Shown: piece by piece, positions 1 through 10,677 of the stretch
Layout: each line of letters opens with the position of its first letter
Numbering within the stretch: the stretch's first letter is position 1
Made by a program: the position numbers and the translations under genes
DNA from: Bacillota bacterium
GTDB lineage: Bacteria; Bacillota; JAAYKD01
Reading direction: 5' to 3'
DNA length: 64,000 nt
NCBI GenBank assembly: GCA_963666425.2
Contig: OY762825.2
Location: 160,001 to 224,000, forward strand
The notes under the pieces: model-generated
Told to the model about the DNA's origin: nothing
Database searches by the model: none
The model's input: only the letters and a program-made list of their open reading frames with translations

Positions 1-1
1 C

Positions 2-514
2 GCTTATGATGCACCCGAGGACGGCGTTGCTCCTTTGGCTCCCTTCGGTACTGGTTATCATTATCATGTTACCGGTCTGACTCATGACCGTACCGGCTTT
101 GCCACCACGAAAGCTCCGCAGGTCAATTATATGCTGCGCCGTCTGCACAATAAAATCGACCGCCATCTGGATGACATCCTGCAATGGGAAGAGCTTTTCT
201 GTGACGATGCCGAGATTATTCTCGTTGCGTATGGCTGCACCGCTCGTTCGGCCAAAGCGGCTTTGGAAGAAGCTCGTTTGGCGGGTTATAAGGTTGGTTT
301 ATTCCGTCCCATTACCATTTGGCCTTTCCCGGCAGACGCTTTGCTGCATGCCGCCAAAGGCAAAAAAGTAATCGTTCCGGAAATGAATTTGGGACAATTG
401 AGTTTGGAAGTAGAGCGAGTGCTCAAACAGGAAATCATTGGCGTCAACCGTGTCGACGGGGAACCGCTCAATCCACAAGAAATTATCGATGCAATTAAGG
501 GGGTGCAGGCATGA
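2..514 (+). CDS. korA: 2-oxoacid:ferredoxin oxidoreductase alpha subunit, C-terminal part (5' end outside window)
   Basis: Frame open from the window start; VTGLTHD, AYGCTARSA and VPEMNLGQL motifs; overlaps the beta subunit start. Confidence 0.9.
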   Translation, partial: AYDAPEDGVAPLAPFGTGYHYHVTGLTHDRTGFATTKAPQVNYMLRRLHNKIDRHLDDILQWEELFCDDAEIILVAYGCTARSAKAALEEARLAGYKVGLFRPITIWPFPADALLHAAKGKKVIVPEMNLGQLSLEVERVLKQEIIGVNRVDGEPLNPQEIIDAIKGVQA

Positions 515-1326
515 GTAACGGCAGAGAACTTCTTCGTGAAGATAAAATGCCTCACATTTGGTGCCCAGGCTGCGGCAATGGCATCATCATGCAGCAGGTG
601 CTGAGAGCAATTGAAGAATTGGGTTTAGATCGTGATAAAGTGGTGCTCGTCTCCGGTATTGGCTGTTCATCCCGCGCCACCGGTTACTTGGATTTCAATA
701 CACTGCATACAACACATGGCCGCGCACTGGCTTTTGCGACCGGCGTTAAATATGCAAATCCCGATTTGACAGTGATCGTCCTGACTGGCGACGGTGACTG
801 CACCGCCATTGGCGGCAACCATTTGATTCATGCCTGCCGCCGCAATATTGATTTGACCACCATCGTCTTTAATAACTCGATTTACGGTATGACCAGTGGT
901 CAATTTTCTCCGATGACACCGACCGGAAGCTATGCTACCACGGCACCTTATGGCAATATCGACCGCAATTTTGACATGTGTAAATTAGGTCAGGCTGCCG
1001 GTGCTACCTATGTCGCCCGTTCCACCACCTATCATGCCAATCAACTGAAGGATTTGATCAAGAGCGGCATTCAAAATAAAGGTTTTTCCTTGATTGAAGC
1101 CGTTTCAGCCTGCCCGACTTATTTTGGCCGCAAGAACAAAATGGGTGGTCCGGTGGAAATGCTGAATTGGCAAAAGGATCACGCCGTTCCGGTCAAAGCT
1201 GCCGAAAAAATGACTACGGAGCAACTGGACGATAAATTCCTGATCGGCGAGTTATACAACAAACCGGAACCGGAATACTGCGAGCAGTATGCCAAGACAA
1301 TCCTAACCGCGGAGGCGAGAAAATAA
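511..1326 (+). CDS. korB: 2-oxoacid:ferredoxin oxidoreductase beta (TPP-binding) subunit
   Basis: WCPGCG, SGIGCS, HTTHGRA, GDGD...NN TPP motif, YGMTSGQ. Confidence 0.93.
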   Translation: MSNGRELLREDKMPHIWCPGCGNGIIMQQVLRAIEELGLDRDKVVLVSGIGCSSRATGYLDFNTLHTTHGRALAFATGVKYANPDLTVIVLTGDGDCTAIGGNHLIHACRRNIDLTTIVFNNSIYGMTSGQFSPMTPTGSYATTAPYGNIDRNFDMCKLGQAAGATYVARSTTYHANQLKDLIKSGIQNKGFSLIEAVSACPTYFGRKNKMGGPVEMLNWQKDHAVPVKAAEKMTTEQLDDKFLIGELYNKPEPEYCEQYAKTILTAEARK

Positions 1327-1865
1327 TGAATAAACAAACTGAAATACGCTTGAGCGGTTCCGGCGGACAGGGAATTATTACGGCCGGAATTATTCTGGCG
1401 GAAGCCGCTCTGCTGGATGGTTTGAATGCGCTGCAAAGTCAGTCTTACGGTCCGGAAGCCCGCGGCGGCGCCAGCAAAGCAGAAGTTATTATTTCCGAAA
1501 AAGAAATCAATTACCCCAAAGTGACACAGCCGAATATTTTAGTCGCTTTAACCCAACAGGCGTATGATCTTTATAAAACCGGTTTAACGTCTGATTCCAT
1601 TGTGATGCTGGATGCCGGTATTGTGGTAGACAGTGACGCAGCTTATCGGGTCTACCAGGTAGCGGTGACGGAAATTGCTCGGACACAATTGCGTCCGGTT
1701 GTAGCGAATATCATCACCCTGGGCGCTTTGGTCACCTTGACTCAATGCGTTAGTTATGCGGCTTTAGAAGAAGCAGTGTTGGATCGCGTTCCGAAAGGGA
1801 CGGAAGAGTTGAATAAAAAAGCTCTGGCGGCCGGTGTTGCCGCAGCAAGACAATTAATTGCCTAG
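1326..1865 (+). CDS. korC: 2-oxoacid:ferredoxin oxidoreductase gamma subunit
   Basis: GSGGQG and QSYGPEARGG motifs; third gene of the operon. Confidence 0.9.
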   Translation: MNKQTEIRLSGSGGQGIITAGIILAEAALLDGLNALQSQSYGPEARGGASKAEVIISEKEINYPKVTQPNILVALTQQAYDLYKTGLTSDSIVMLDAGIVVDSDAAYRVYQVAVTEIARTQLRPVVANIITLGALVTLTQCVSYAALEEAVLDRVPKGTEELNKKALAAGVAAARQLIA

Positions 1866-2037
1866 TTATTTCTTTCTAGTCGGGTCAAAGCGGCAGAACA
1901 GATCCTGAATTTCAGCTATCTGTTTTTGCAGCTTCGGCCGACATGAAAGCAGGATACCCTCTCGAGGTTGCTATGCTTTGAGAGGGTAACTTGTACTTTT
2001 TATTAAATCTGAATCAATAAAATCGGAGGCGAACTGT

Positions 2038-3711
2038 ATGTCAAATAGCATGGAAGAAATCAGACAAAACGCAGAAGCCTGGGAGAAAGGTACTGTTGCT
2101 AAAACAATATCTCGTTTCCCGGAACGGAAGAATCCTTTTCAAAGCACTTCCGGCTTTGAAGTAAAACGTGCTTATACGCCCCTGGATGTGGAAGAGTTGG
2201 ATTACAACCGTGATCTGGGTATGCCGGGCGAATATCCCTATACCCGTGCGGTGCAGCCCACGCTCTATCGCGGACGTTTCTGGACCATGCGGCAATATGC
2301 CGGCTTTGGCAACGCGGAAGAATCTAATGAACGCTATAAATATCTGTTGAAGCAGGGTCAAACCGGTCTCTCCATCGCTTTCGATCTGCCGACGCAGATT
2401 GGCTACGACTCAGATCACGCATTGTCTCAAGGTGAAGTTGGCAAAGTTGGTGTTGCCATTGATTCTTTAGCCGATATGGAGATTCTATTCAACGGCATTC
2501 CTTTGGATAAAGTCAGCACTTCGATGACGATCAATGCACCGGCTGCCGTTTTACTGGCTATGTATATTGCCGTCGGTGAAAAACAAGGCGTAGCGGCCAA
2601 TAAATTGAATGGTACGATTCAAAATGATATTTTAAAGGAATATATTGCGCGTGGCACCTATATTTTCCCGCCGAAACCGTCGATGCGGTTGATTACCAAT
2701 ATTTTTGAATATTGCTACAAGGATGTACCGGAGTGGAATACCATCAGCATTTCCGGCTATCATATCCGGGAAGCGGGTTCCAATGCAGCCCAAGAAATCG
2801 CCTTCACCTTAGCCGATGGTATCGCTTACGTGGAAGCGGCGATCAAGGCCGGCATGGACGTAGACGAATTTGCTCCGCGCCTGTCTTTCTTTTTCAATGC
2901 GCACAACGATTTGTTTGAAGAAGTAGCGAAGTTCCGGGCAGCGCGCCGGCTCTGGGCGAAAATTATGAAGGAGCGCTTTGCTGCCAAAAAAGATAAATCT
3001 TTGATGCTGCGTTTCCATACGCAAACTGCCGGTTCCATGCTGACTGCTCAGCAACCGGATAATAACATTGTGCGGGTCACTTTGCAGGCTCTGGCAGCGG
3101 TTTTGGGTGGCACGCAGAGTCTGCATACCAATTCCCGTGACGAAGCCTTGGCCTTACCTACCGAGGATGCCGTGCGTATTGCTTTGCGGACCCAGCAGAT
3201 CATCGCTTACGAAAGCGGCGCCGGTGATACGATTGATCCTTTGGCCGGCTCTTATTATGTGGAATCGATGACCAATACGCTGGAAAAAGCAGCTGAAATT
3301 TATTTGAAGAAAATCGATGAGCTGGGCGGTTCCGTGATGGCCATCGAGAATGGTTATATGCAGCAGGAGATTCAAAACAGCGCTTATCGCTGGCAGCAGG
3401 AAATTGAAAAAGGCGAACGCATCGTTGTTGGTGTGAATAAATTCACCATCGAAGAAGGAGCCCCCAAAGGCTTATTGCGTGTTGATCCCAGCATCGGCGT
3501 CAAACAAGTGCAGAAACTTCAGGAATTGAAGGCAAAACGCGATCAGGCTGCTGTAACGGCTGCTCTTACCGAATTGCACCAAGCTGCGCAAGGCAGCGAT
3601 AATTTAATGCCCGTCATCCTGAAAGCAGTCAAAGTTTATGCCACTCTGGGTGAAATCTGTGATGTGTTAAGAGAAGTGTTCGGTGAATACCAGGCTTCTG
3701 TTACTATATAA
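2038..3711 (+). CDS. Methylmalonyl-CoA mutase, large (substrate-binding) subunit
   Basis: [10 protein letters not shown] (Tyr of MCM rather than Phe of isobutyryl-CoA mutase), [28 protein letters not shown]; GGAGG RBS. Confidence 0.95.
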   Translation: MSNSMEEIRQNAEAWEKGTVAKTISRFPERKNPFQSTSGFEVKRAYTPLDVEELDYNRDLGMPGEYPYTRAVQPTLYRGRFWTMRQYAGFGNAEESNERYKYLLKQGQTGLSIAFDLPTQIGYDSDHALSQGEVGKVGVAIDSLADMEILFNGIPLDKVSTSMTINAPAAVLLAMYIAVGEKQGVAANKLNGTIQNDILKEYIARGTYIFPPKPSMRLITNIFEYCYKDVPEWNTISISGYHIREAGSNAAQEIAFTLADGIAYVEAAIKAGMDVDEFAPRLSFFFNAHNDLFEEVAKFRAARRLWAKIMKERFAAKKDKSLMLRFHTQTAGSMLTAQQPDNNIVRVTLQALAAVLGGTQSLHTNSRDEALALPTEDAVRIALRTQQIIAYESGAGDTIDPLAGSYYVESMTNTLEKAAEIYLKKIDELGGSVMAIENGYMQQEIQNSAYRWQQEIEKGERIVVGVNKFTIEEGAPKGLLRVDPSIGVKQVQKLQELKAKRDQAAVTAALTELHQAAQGSDNLMPVILKAVKVYATLGEICDVLREVFGEYQASVTI

Positions 3712-3727
3712 GAAGGAGGTTGTTTGA

Positions 3728-4123
3728 ATGTCAAATCCTATTCGTGTTTTAATTGCAAAACCTGGCTTAGATGGACATGACCGCGGCGCTAAAGTAATTG
3801 CCCGCGCCTTCCGCGATGCCGGTATGGAAGTCATTTATACCGGCTTGCGCCAAACTCCTGAACAGATTGTAGAAACTGCGATTCAAGAAGACGTTGACCT
3901 GATCGGTTTGTCCTGTCTTTCCGGCGCTCATAATACTTTATTCCCCAGAATTGTCGAATTGCTGAAAGCAAAAGATGCGGCCGATATCAAAGTGATTGGC
4001 GGCGGTGTGATCCCCAGCGAAGATATTCCTTTCCTGAAGGAAAGCGGTATTCTGGAGATTTTCACTCCCGGTACCACAACCACGACCTGCATCGATTATG
4101 TTCTGAAAAATGTCCGAAAATAA
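3728..4123 (+). CDS. Methylmalonyl-CoA mutase small subunit, cobalamin-binding domain
   Basis: GLDGHDRG DxHxxG B12 motif, [15 protein letters not shown]. Confidence 0.95.
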   Translation: MSNPIRVLIAKPGLDGHDRGAKVIARAFRDAGMEVIYTGLRQTPEQIVETAIQEDVDLIGLSCLSGAHNTLFPRIVELLKAKDAADIKVIGGGVIPSEDIPFLKESGILEIFTPGTTTTTCIDYVLKNVRK

Positions 4124-5513
4124 GCTGACGGAAACAGAGAAGAGCTTGCTGACGGGGCTGAAGCAACAAAACCGGCGGGCTTTAGCCAAATCCATTACTT
4201 ATGTGGAAAATCATTATTTACAGGCGAGACCATTGATGGGTGAGATTCATCAAACCTGCAGTTTAGGTCATGCCGACATCATCGGTATTACCGGACCTCC
4301 CGGTGCCGGCAAGAGTACGTTAACCGGCAAATTAATCCAGGCTTTTCGCAAAACAAATCGCACCATCGGCGTCATTTTAATTGATCCGACTAGCCCCTAC
4401 AGCGGCGGAGCCATTTTAGGTGATCGCATCCGGATGAGTGAAAGTTTTACAGACAGCGGCGTTTACATCCGCAGCATGGGCTCGCGCGGACGTCTGGGTG
4501 GTTTATCCGCAGCGACGCAGGATGCGGTCAAACTTTTGGATGCTTTCGGTTTTGATTTGATTTTGGTCGAAACAGTTGGGATCGGACAGGCTGAAACAGA
4601 AATTGTGGAAGCCGCCGATATCACCGTTGTGGTTTCGGTCCCCGGTTTAGGCGATGATATTCAAATCATTAAAGCCGGTGTGATGGAAATCGGTGATATT
4701 TTTGTTGTGAATAAGGCAGACAGAGAAGGTGCTGAGCGGGTCGTCACAGAAATCAATATGATGCTTGATCTGGCACCGAAGGGGAGTCTGCGTCCACCGG
4801 TCTTGAAGACTGTTTCCACAACCGGCGTGGGAATTAACGAACTGGTCAGTGCAATGGAGAGTTTTAAAAACAGAGCCATACAAAGCGGAAAATGGCAGTT
4901 GAAACGAGAAGAGCGCTTATGGAAAGAGCTGGAGAGCAATGTCATTGCGCAGTGGCAGGCAAAACTTGAACAAAGCCCACTCTATTTGGAACGCACAGCG
5001 CTGCTGGCTGATTTGGCGGCGGGTAAAACCAATGCCTACACGGAGGCGAAGCGGATCTTAACTCAAATGCAATCGTCCGCCGGAAATGAGTCGATGCAAA
5101 GGAGGACAACCATGTTACAGAAAATTGATCATTTAGGGATTGCAGTGAACAATTTGCAGGAAGCGTTGAAATTCTATCACGACGTGATGGGGATGGAGTT
5201 GATTGGCACCGAAACGGTAGAAGAGCAAAAAGTCAATGTTGCCATGCTGAGAATTGGCGAAAGCAGAATTGAACTTTTAGAACCGACCTGCGCAGAGAGT
5301 CCGATTGCAAAAACAATTGAAAAACGCGGCGAAGGAATCGCTCATGTAGCTTATGCTGTCGACGATATCGAAGCAGCATTGGCGCAGCTGAAAGCCGGGG
5401 GAGCTCGTTTAATTGACGAGACACCCAGGATTGGTGCGGGAGGTTCCCGCGTTGCTTTCGTTCATCCCAAATCTACTTACGGTGTTTTGGTAGAATTGTG
5501 TGAAAAACACTAA
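4110..5513 (+). CDS. meaB: MeaB/ArgK G-protein chaperone fused in frame to methylmalonyl-CoA epimerase (epimerase has its own RBS and ATG at 5112)
   Basis: [36 protein letters not shown]; the C-terminal 133 aa IDHLGIAV...IELLEP...EGIAHVAY...FVHPKST.GVLVEL is an epimerase VOC domain. Confidence 0.9.
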   Translation: MSENKLTETEKSLLTGLKQQNRRALAKSITYVENHYLQARPLMGEIHQTCSLGHADIIGITGPPGAGKSTLTGKLIQAFRKTNRTIGVILIDPTSPYSGGAILGDRIRMSESFTDSGVYIRSMGSRGRLGGLSAATQDAVKLLDAFGFDLILVETVGIGQAETEIVEAADITVVVSVPGLGDDIQIIKAGVMEIGDIFVVNKADREGAERVVTEINMMLDLAPKGSLRPPVLKTVSTTGVGINELVSAMESFKNRAIQSGKWQLKREERLWKELESNVIAQWQAKLEQSPLYLERTALLADLAAGKTNAYTEAKRILTQMQSSAGNESMQRRTTMLQKIDHLGIAVNNLQEALKFYHDVMGMELIGTETVEEQKVNVAMLRIGESRIELLEPTCAESPIAKTIEKRGEGIAHVAYAVDDIEAALAQLKAGGARLIDETPRIGAGGSRVAFVHPKSTYGVLVELCEKH

Positions 5514-5534
5514 AACCATCAGGAGGTACCACTT

Positions 5535-7079
5535 ATGTCGATTGAAAAAATCAATGAACTAATTCAAAAACGTGCCGAAGTAGCAGCCGGCGGCGGCGAA
5601 AAAAGAGTGCAGCGTCAGCATAGCAGCGGTAAGTTGACAGCCCGCGAACGTCTGGCAAAACTGTTTGATCCGGATAGCTTTGTTGAATTGGACGCTTTTG
5701 TCACCCATCGCTGCACTGCTTTCGGCATGGAAAAAACCGAAGCACCGGGAGAAGGCGTCGTTACCGGTTACGGCACGGTGGACGGACGGCTGGTCTATGC
5801 CGCGGCACAGGATTTCACTGTGATCGGCGGTTCTTTGGGCGAAATGCATGCAGGAAAAATCTGCAAAGCCATGGACCTGGCCGTTAAAATGGGAGCGCCT
5901 TTTGTTTCAGTCAATGACTCCGGCGGCGCCAGAATACAGGAAGGCGTCGATGCTTTGAAAGGTTACGGTGATATTTTCTATCGTAACACCATGGCGTCCG
6001 GTGTAATTCCGCAAATCTCCGTGATCATGGGACCTTGTGCCGGCGGCGCTGTTTATTCTCCCGCCCTAACAGATTTTATTTTTATGACCGAATACGCCAA
6101 TATGTTCATCACCGGACCGCAGGTCGTCAAATCCGTCACCGGAGAAGACGTGACCGCCGATCAACTGGGTGGTGCCGGCGTACATGCCTCCACCAGCGGT
6201 GTGGCGCACTTTGTTGCCAAAACAGACGAAGAATGCTTAAATCTGGTGCGGCGCCTGATTAGTTTCCTTCCTTCCAACAATCTGGAAACAACCCCGGTTG
6301 TACCAACTGAGGATCTTCCTACCCGGACGGACGAAGCTTTGCGCGATATCATTCCCGACAGCCCGAATCGTCCTTACGATATGCGCGATATCATTACCAA
6401 TGTGGTGGACGATCATGATTTCTTTGAAGTACAGCCCACTTATGCCGCCAATATCATCACCGCGTTTGGCCGTCTGAACGGCCGCAGTGTTGGCATCATT
6501 GCCAACCAACCGAAAGTGATGGCCGGCTGCCTGGATATTAACGCTTCCGATAAAGCCAGCCGCTTTATTCGCTTCTGTGATGCCTTCAATATTCCTTTGA
6601 TCACCTTTACCGATACGCCCGGTTATCTGCCCGGTGTTTCTCAAGAGCATGGTGGTGTGATTCGTCACGGCGCAAAATTGCTTTATGCTTATTCGGAAGC
6701 CAATGTAGCAAAGCTGACTTTGATCACCCGCAAGGCTTATGGCGGTGCATATATCGCTATGTGCAGTCATCATCTTGGCGCAGACATGGTTTTTGCTCTG
6801 CCCAACGCGGAAATTGCCGTGATGGGACCCGATGGCGCTGCGAATATTATTTTCAAAGATGCCATCAAGGATGCAGCAGATCCGCAAAGCATGCGTCAGG
6901 AAAAAATCGATGAATACCGCAACAAATTCGCCAATCCTTATGTAGCGGCAGCACGGGGGTTTGTTGACGATGTGATTGATCCGGCTGTGATCAGACCGAC
7001 TTTGATCAACGCTTTGGAAATGTGTATAACCAAACGGGAAGCGCGCCCGGCCAAAAAGCATGGCAACTTACCCGTTTAA
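5535..7079 (+). CDS. mmdA: Methylmalonyl-CoA decarboxylase alpha / acyl-CoA carboxyltransferase subunit
   Basis: GKLTARER, DSGGARIQEG, GPCAGGAVYSPA, RKAYGGAY, KKHGNLP. Confidence 0.92.
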   Translation: MSIEKINELIQKRAEVAAGGGEKRVQRQHSSGKLTARERLAKLFDPDSFVELDAFVTHRCTAFGMEKTEAPGEGVVTGYGTVDGRLVYAAAQDFTVIGGSLGEMHAGKICKAMDLAVKMGAPFVSVNDSGGARIQEGVDALKGYGDIFYRNTMASGVIPQISVIMGPCAGGAVYSPALTDFIFMTEYANMFITGPQVVKSVTGEDVTADQLGGAGVHASTSGVAHFVAKTDEECLNLVRRLISFLPSNNLETTPVVPTEDLPTRTDEALRDIIPDSPNRPYDMRDIITNVVDDHDFFEVQPTYAANIITAFGRLNGRSVGIIANQPKVMAGCLDINASDKASRFIRFCDAFNIPLITFTDTPGYLPGVSQEHGGVIRHGAKLLYAYSEANVAKLTLITRKAYGGAYIAMCSHHLGADMVFALPNAEIAVMGPDGAANIIFKDAIKDAADPQSMRQEKIDEYRNKFANPYVAAARGFVDDVIDPAVIRPTLINALEMCITKREARPAKKHGNLPV

Positions 7080-7091
7080 GGAGGCTATCCT

Positions 7092-7439
7092 ATGACGACA
7101 GATATGATCCTGAAATATGCCCTGCTGGCAGGTTTTGTCTTGTTTGGTTTGTTTTACTTTATGAGAGCCAAAAACAACACCCCTGCCGATTCGGCAGCGG
7201 AAGCAAACGAAGAAGCTCATGCTGAGCAAGAAGTGATGCAAGAGGAAACCGAATTGGGAGCTGCCGATGATTTCGCCTTGATTGCAGTCATCTCAGCAGC
7301 GCTGGCCGCTCATTTAGGCCAAGAAGCAAGCGGAATTAAGATCAGCAGTATCCATCGTATTGTACATTTAGATACCGGCTGGGCAGCGGCTGCCAGACAG
7401 GAAACGATAGCCAGCCGTCAAAATATCTACAATCTTTAA
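7092..7439 (+). CDS. mmdD: OadG/MmdD-like membrane-anchored delta subunit
   Basis: N-terminal TM helix, acidic linker, LIAVISAALAA and W...ARQE motifs; lies between mmdA and the biotin carrier. Confidence 0.75.
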   Translation: MTTDMILKYALLAGFVLFGLFYFMRAKNNTPADSAAEANEEAHAEQEVMQEETELGAADDFALIAVISAALAAHLGQEASGIKISSIHRIVHLDTGWAAAARQETIASRQNIYNL

Positions 7440-7467
7440 TGCAAGCAAAGTTTGGAGGAGTAATAAT

Positions 7468-7872
7468 ATGAAAACTTACCTGATTACAGTGAATGGTGTT
7501 TCCTATGAAGTAGCGGTTGAAGAAATGGCTGGATCAGCCACAGCGGCTCCGTCCGTCGCCGCACCGGTACTTACTGTACCAAAAGCGGTGGCCGCGCCGG
7601 TTGCCGTAGCACCGAAAACAGCACCTGTTGCTAAACCCACGGCTGCTCCCAGCGGCAGCGGAACGGTGATTGCAGCGCCGATTCCAGGCACGATTCTCGA
7701 TCTTAAAGTCCAGGTTGGCAGTACAGTCAAAGCCGGCGGCCTGATCTTGATTTTGGAAGCCATGAAGATGGAAAATGAAATCGTGGCAGAGAATGACTGC
7801 ACGGTTAAAGCGATTTTTGTCAATAAGGGCGACAGCGTAAATTCCGGTGATCCAATGGTAGAAGTTCAATAG
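7468..7872 (+). CDS. mmdC: Biotin carboxyl carrier protein (decarboxylase gamma subunit)
   Basis: Y.ITVNG.SYEV.VEE N-terminus, Ala/Pro linker, EAMKMENEI biotinylation motif. Confidence 0.9.
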   Translation: MKTYLITVNGVSYEVAVEEMAGSATAAPSVAAPVLTVPKAVAAPVAVAPKTAPVAKPTAAPSGSGTVIAAPIPGTILDLKVQVGSTVKAGGLILILEAMKMENEIVAENDCTVKAIFVNKGDSVNSGDPMVEVQ

Positions 7873-7887
7873 AGGGGGAAGACCAGC

Positions 7888-8466
7888 GTGAAAAACTTAG
7901 AAGTAGTCTGCGGTGTTTCGGCTCGCCATCTTCATCTTTCACAGAAAGATTTAATCACCTTATTCGGAGAAGACGCTTGTTTGAATTCTTTTAAAGCGTT
8001 GGGTCAACCGGGTCAATATGCCTGTGACGAAAAGGTCAACTTTGTTGGTCCGAAGAACACGATCAAAAATGTGCGCGTTCTTGGTCCGCTGCGCAAGCAA
8101 ACACAAATTGAAATCTCTCTGACCGATTGTATCACGCTTGGAATCCAAGCGCCGGTCCGCGACAGCGGTAATTTGACCGGATCTGCAGCCATTCTATTAG
8201 AAGGTCCCAAAGGCAGTGTTACCCTGACGGAAGGTGTCATTGTCGCGATGCGTCATGTCCACTTCCATCCGGATGATGCGGCGCCTTATGGCATCCAAGA
8301 CAAAGATATCATCAGTGTCAAGACCAGCGGTAATTCTCGCAGCCTGATTTTTGAAAATGTTTTGGCGAGGGTAGCACCTAATTTTGCCTTGGAATTCCAT
8401 GTCGATACAGACGAAGCCAATGCAGCCGGTTTAAAAAGTGGCGATATTGTAGAAATTTTGAAATAA
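7888..8466 (+). CDS. pduL: Phosphate propanoyltransferase PduL
   Basis: [40 protein letters not shown]. Confidence 0.92.
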   Translation: MKNLEVVCGVSARHLHLSQKDLITLFGEDACLNSFKALGQPGQYACDEKVNFVGPKNTIKNVRVLGPLRKQTQIEISLTDCITLGIQAPVRDSGNLTGSAAILLEGPKGSVTLTEGVIVAMRHVHFHPDDAAPYGIQDKDIISVKTSGNSRSLIFENVLARVAPNFALEFHVDTDEANAAGLKSGDIVEILK

Positions 8467-8542
8467 GTTACTTCCAAAATACAAGACAGGGAACGCAATT
8501 CACTTTGCGCTCCCTGTGGAGAAAAAAGGAGGCATTTTTACT

Positions 8543-10522
8543 ATGCCCTATGAGTATATTGCGGCAGGTGTTGGCTTGATCGCCCTGCTTTACGCGTTTT
8601 ATCTTGCGCAAAACATTAGCAAACAGCCTGCTGGAAATGCCCGGATGCAGGAAATTGGCAATGCTATTCATGAAGGCGCCATGGCTTTTTTAGCTCGAGA
8701 GTATAAAACTCTGGTCTGGTTTATTCTTATTGTTTCATCGGCGATTGTTGCACTCGGTGTTTTTGCTCCGCAAATGATGAAACCGCAGACAGCGATTGCT
8801 TTTGTCTGCGGTTCTGTATGTTCTATCCTTTCTGGTTATTTCGGCATGATTGTCGCAACCAAGGCCAATGTGCGAACCGCTGAAGCAGCGAAGACGGGTC
8901 AAAGCAAAGCCCTGAAGATCGCCTTCAGCAGCGGAGCCGTGATGGGGATGTGCGTTGTGGGCCTGGGTTTACTCGGCGTTTCTATTCTTTATTTGATCTT
9001 CAAAGACCCGGATATTGTCAATGGTTTTGCTCTTGGCGCCAGCTCCATCGCGCTGTTTGCCCGCGTCGGCGGTGGTATTTATACCAAAGCGGCTGATGTC
9101 GGTGCCGATTTGGTGGGAAAAGTCGAAGCGGGAATTCCAGAGGATGACCCTCGTAACCCAGCAGTGATTGCTGATAACGTGGGCGATAATGTCGGCGATG
9201 TGGCCGGTATGGGTGCGGATCTTTTTGAATCGTTTGTCAGCTCCATTATTGCCGCCATATCGATTGCCTTCAGCAGCAAGTTAGGCAATCAGATGATTTT
9301 ATACCCACTCTTATTGGCTGCCATTGGGACTGCTGCTGCCATTATTGGCTCACGCTTTGTTACCTCCGGGGAAAGCAGCAATCCACAAAAAGCGCTCAAT
9401 CTGGGTTCATACGTTTCCGGTGGTTTGGTGATCATTGCTTCTGCCGTTTTTGCCTTGATCGGTTTGACGACCTGGAATATTTTCTTTGCAACCATTTCCG
9501 GCCTGATTGCCGGGATTGCCATCGGTTCAATCACTGAATATTATACTTCTTCTGAGTATAAACCGGTAAAAGGCGTGGCGGAAGCTTCTCAAACCGGCGC
9601 CGCTACCACCATTATCTCCGGTTTGGCTGTTGGTATGTATTCCACAGCGGCTCCTATTTTTCTGATCAGCATTGCTATATTAGTTGCTTATCATTTTGCC
9701 GGCTTGTTTGGCATTGCGCTCGCTGCAGTTGGTATGCTTTCGACGACCGGAATGACGGTTGCCGTCGATGCCTATGGTCCTGTCTCTGATAATGCCGGCG
9801 GGATTGCCGAAATGGCAGGCATGGACGAGAGTGTCCGTGCTATTACCGATCAATTGGACGCGGTTGGTAATACAACGGCTGCAATTGGCAAAGGCTTCGC
9901 CATCGGCTCTGCTGCCTTAACCGCTCTGTCTTTGGTCTCTGCTTTTGCAGCCAGCGTAAAACTGGATATGATCAATCTACTGGAACCCAATGTAATCGTC
10001 GGTTTATTTATTGGCGGTATGCTGCCGTTCTTGTTTGGCGCCCTGACCATGGAAGCAGTCAGCAAGGCTGCTCAGCAAATGATTATTGAGGTGCGCCGTC
10101 AGTTTAAGGAAATCCCCGGCATCATGGAAGGCAGCGGCAAACCGGATTATGCGCGCTGTGTCGATATTTCCACGACTGCTGCTTTGAAACAAATGGTTCT
10201 CCCCAGTTTGATTGCTGTCGTCAGTCCGATTGCTACCGGTCTTATTTTAGGTAAATACGCGGTAGCCGGCTTGCTGATGGGAGCTACCTTAACCGGCGTT
10301 TTACTGGCGATTCAGATGTCCAACTCAGGCGGTGCCTGGGATAATGCCAAGAAATTTATTGAAGGCGGCGCTTACGGCGGCAAAGGCACCCCTGCGCATG
10401 CAGCCGGTGTAGTCGGCGATACCGTTGGTGACCCTTTTAAAGATACCTCAGGTCCTTCGATGAATATTTTAATCAAGCTGATGTCGATCGTTGCTTTGAC
10501 CTTCAGCGGTATTTTCCTCTAG
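8543..10522 (+). CDS. hppA: Membrane-bound K+-dependent, probably Na+-translocating, pyrophosphatase
   Basis: [41 protein letters not shown] (Ala marks the K+-dependent class), [10 protein letters not shown]; AGGAGG RBS before ATG 8543. Confidence 0.93.
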   Translation: MPYEYIAAGVGLIALLYAFYLAQNISKQPAGNARMQEIGNAIHEGAMAFLAREYKTLVWFILIVSSAIVALGVFAPQMMKPQTAIAFVCGSVCSILSGYFGMIVATKANVRTAEAAKTGQSKALKIAFSSGAVMGMCVVGLGLLGVSILYLIFKDPDIVNGFALGASSIALFARVGGGIYTKAADVGADLVGKVEAGIPEDDPRNPAVIADNVGDNVGDVAGMGADLFESFVSSIIAAISIAFSSKLGNQMILYPLLLAAIGTAAAIIGSRFVTSGESSNPQKALNLGSYVSGGLVIIASAVFALIGLTTWNIFFATISGLIAGIAIGSITEYYTSSEYKPVKGVAEASQTGAATTIISGLAVGMYSTAAPIFLISIAILVAYHFAGLFGIALAAVGMLSTTGMTVAVDAYGPVSDNAGGIAEMAGMDESVRAITDQLDAVGNTTAAIGKGFAIGSAALTALSLVSAFAASVKLDMINLLEPNVIVGLFIGGMLPFLFGALTMEAVSKAAQQMIIEVRRQFKEIPGIMEGSGKPDYARCVDISTTAALKQMVLPSLIAVVSPIATGLILGKYAVAGLLMGATLTGVLLAIQMSNSGGAWDNAKKFIEGGAYGGKGTPAHAAGVVGDTVGDPFKDTSGPSMNILIKLMSIVALTFSGIFL

Positions 10523-10677
10523 TTTTTTCAAAAACCCGGATGTGCTCGATTTGAAACTTGAGCATCAGAAATTGCTCCTGTCTGCTTTAGTTCAGGAGCA
10601 ATTTCTTATTTCAAAGCGAGAATCCAATCTTTTTCTGCTCGGACTGCGATTTTTTATCCAAAGGAGTAAAGAACATC

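Noticed and set aside
1866-2037. Cobalamin riboswitch upstream of the mutase
   Set aside because: Only two hairpins; no B12-box or other conserved riboswitch core visible
6237-7061. Long antisense ORFs (also 19992-20684, 47185-47772, 58130-58690 and others)
   Set aside because: Shadow frames of well-supported genes, without RBS or motifs
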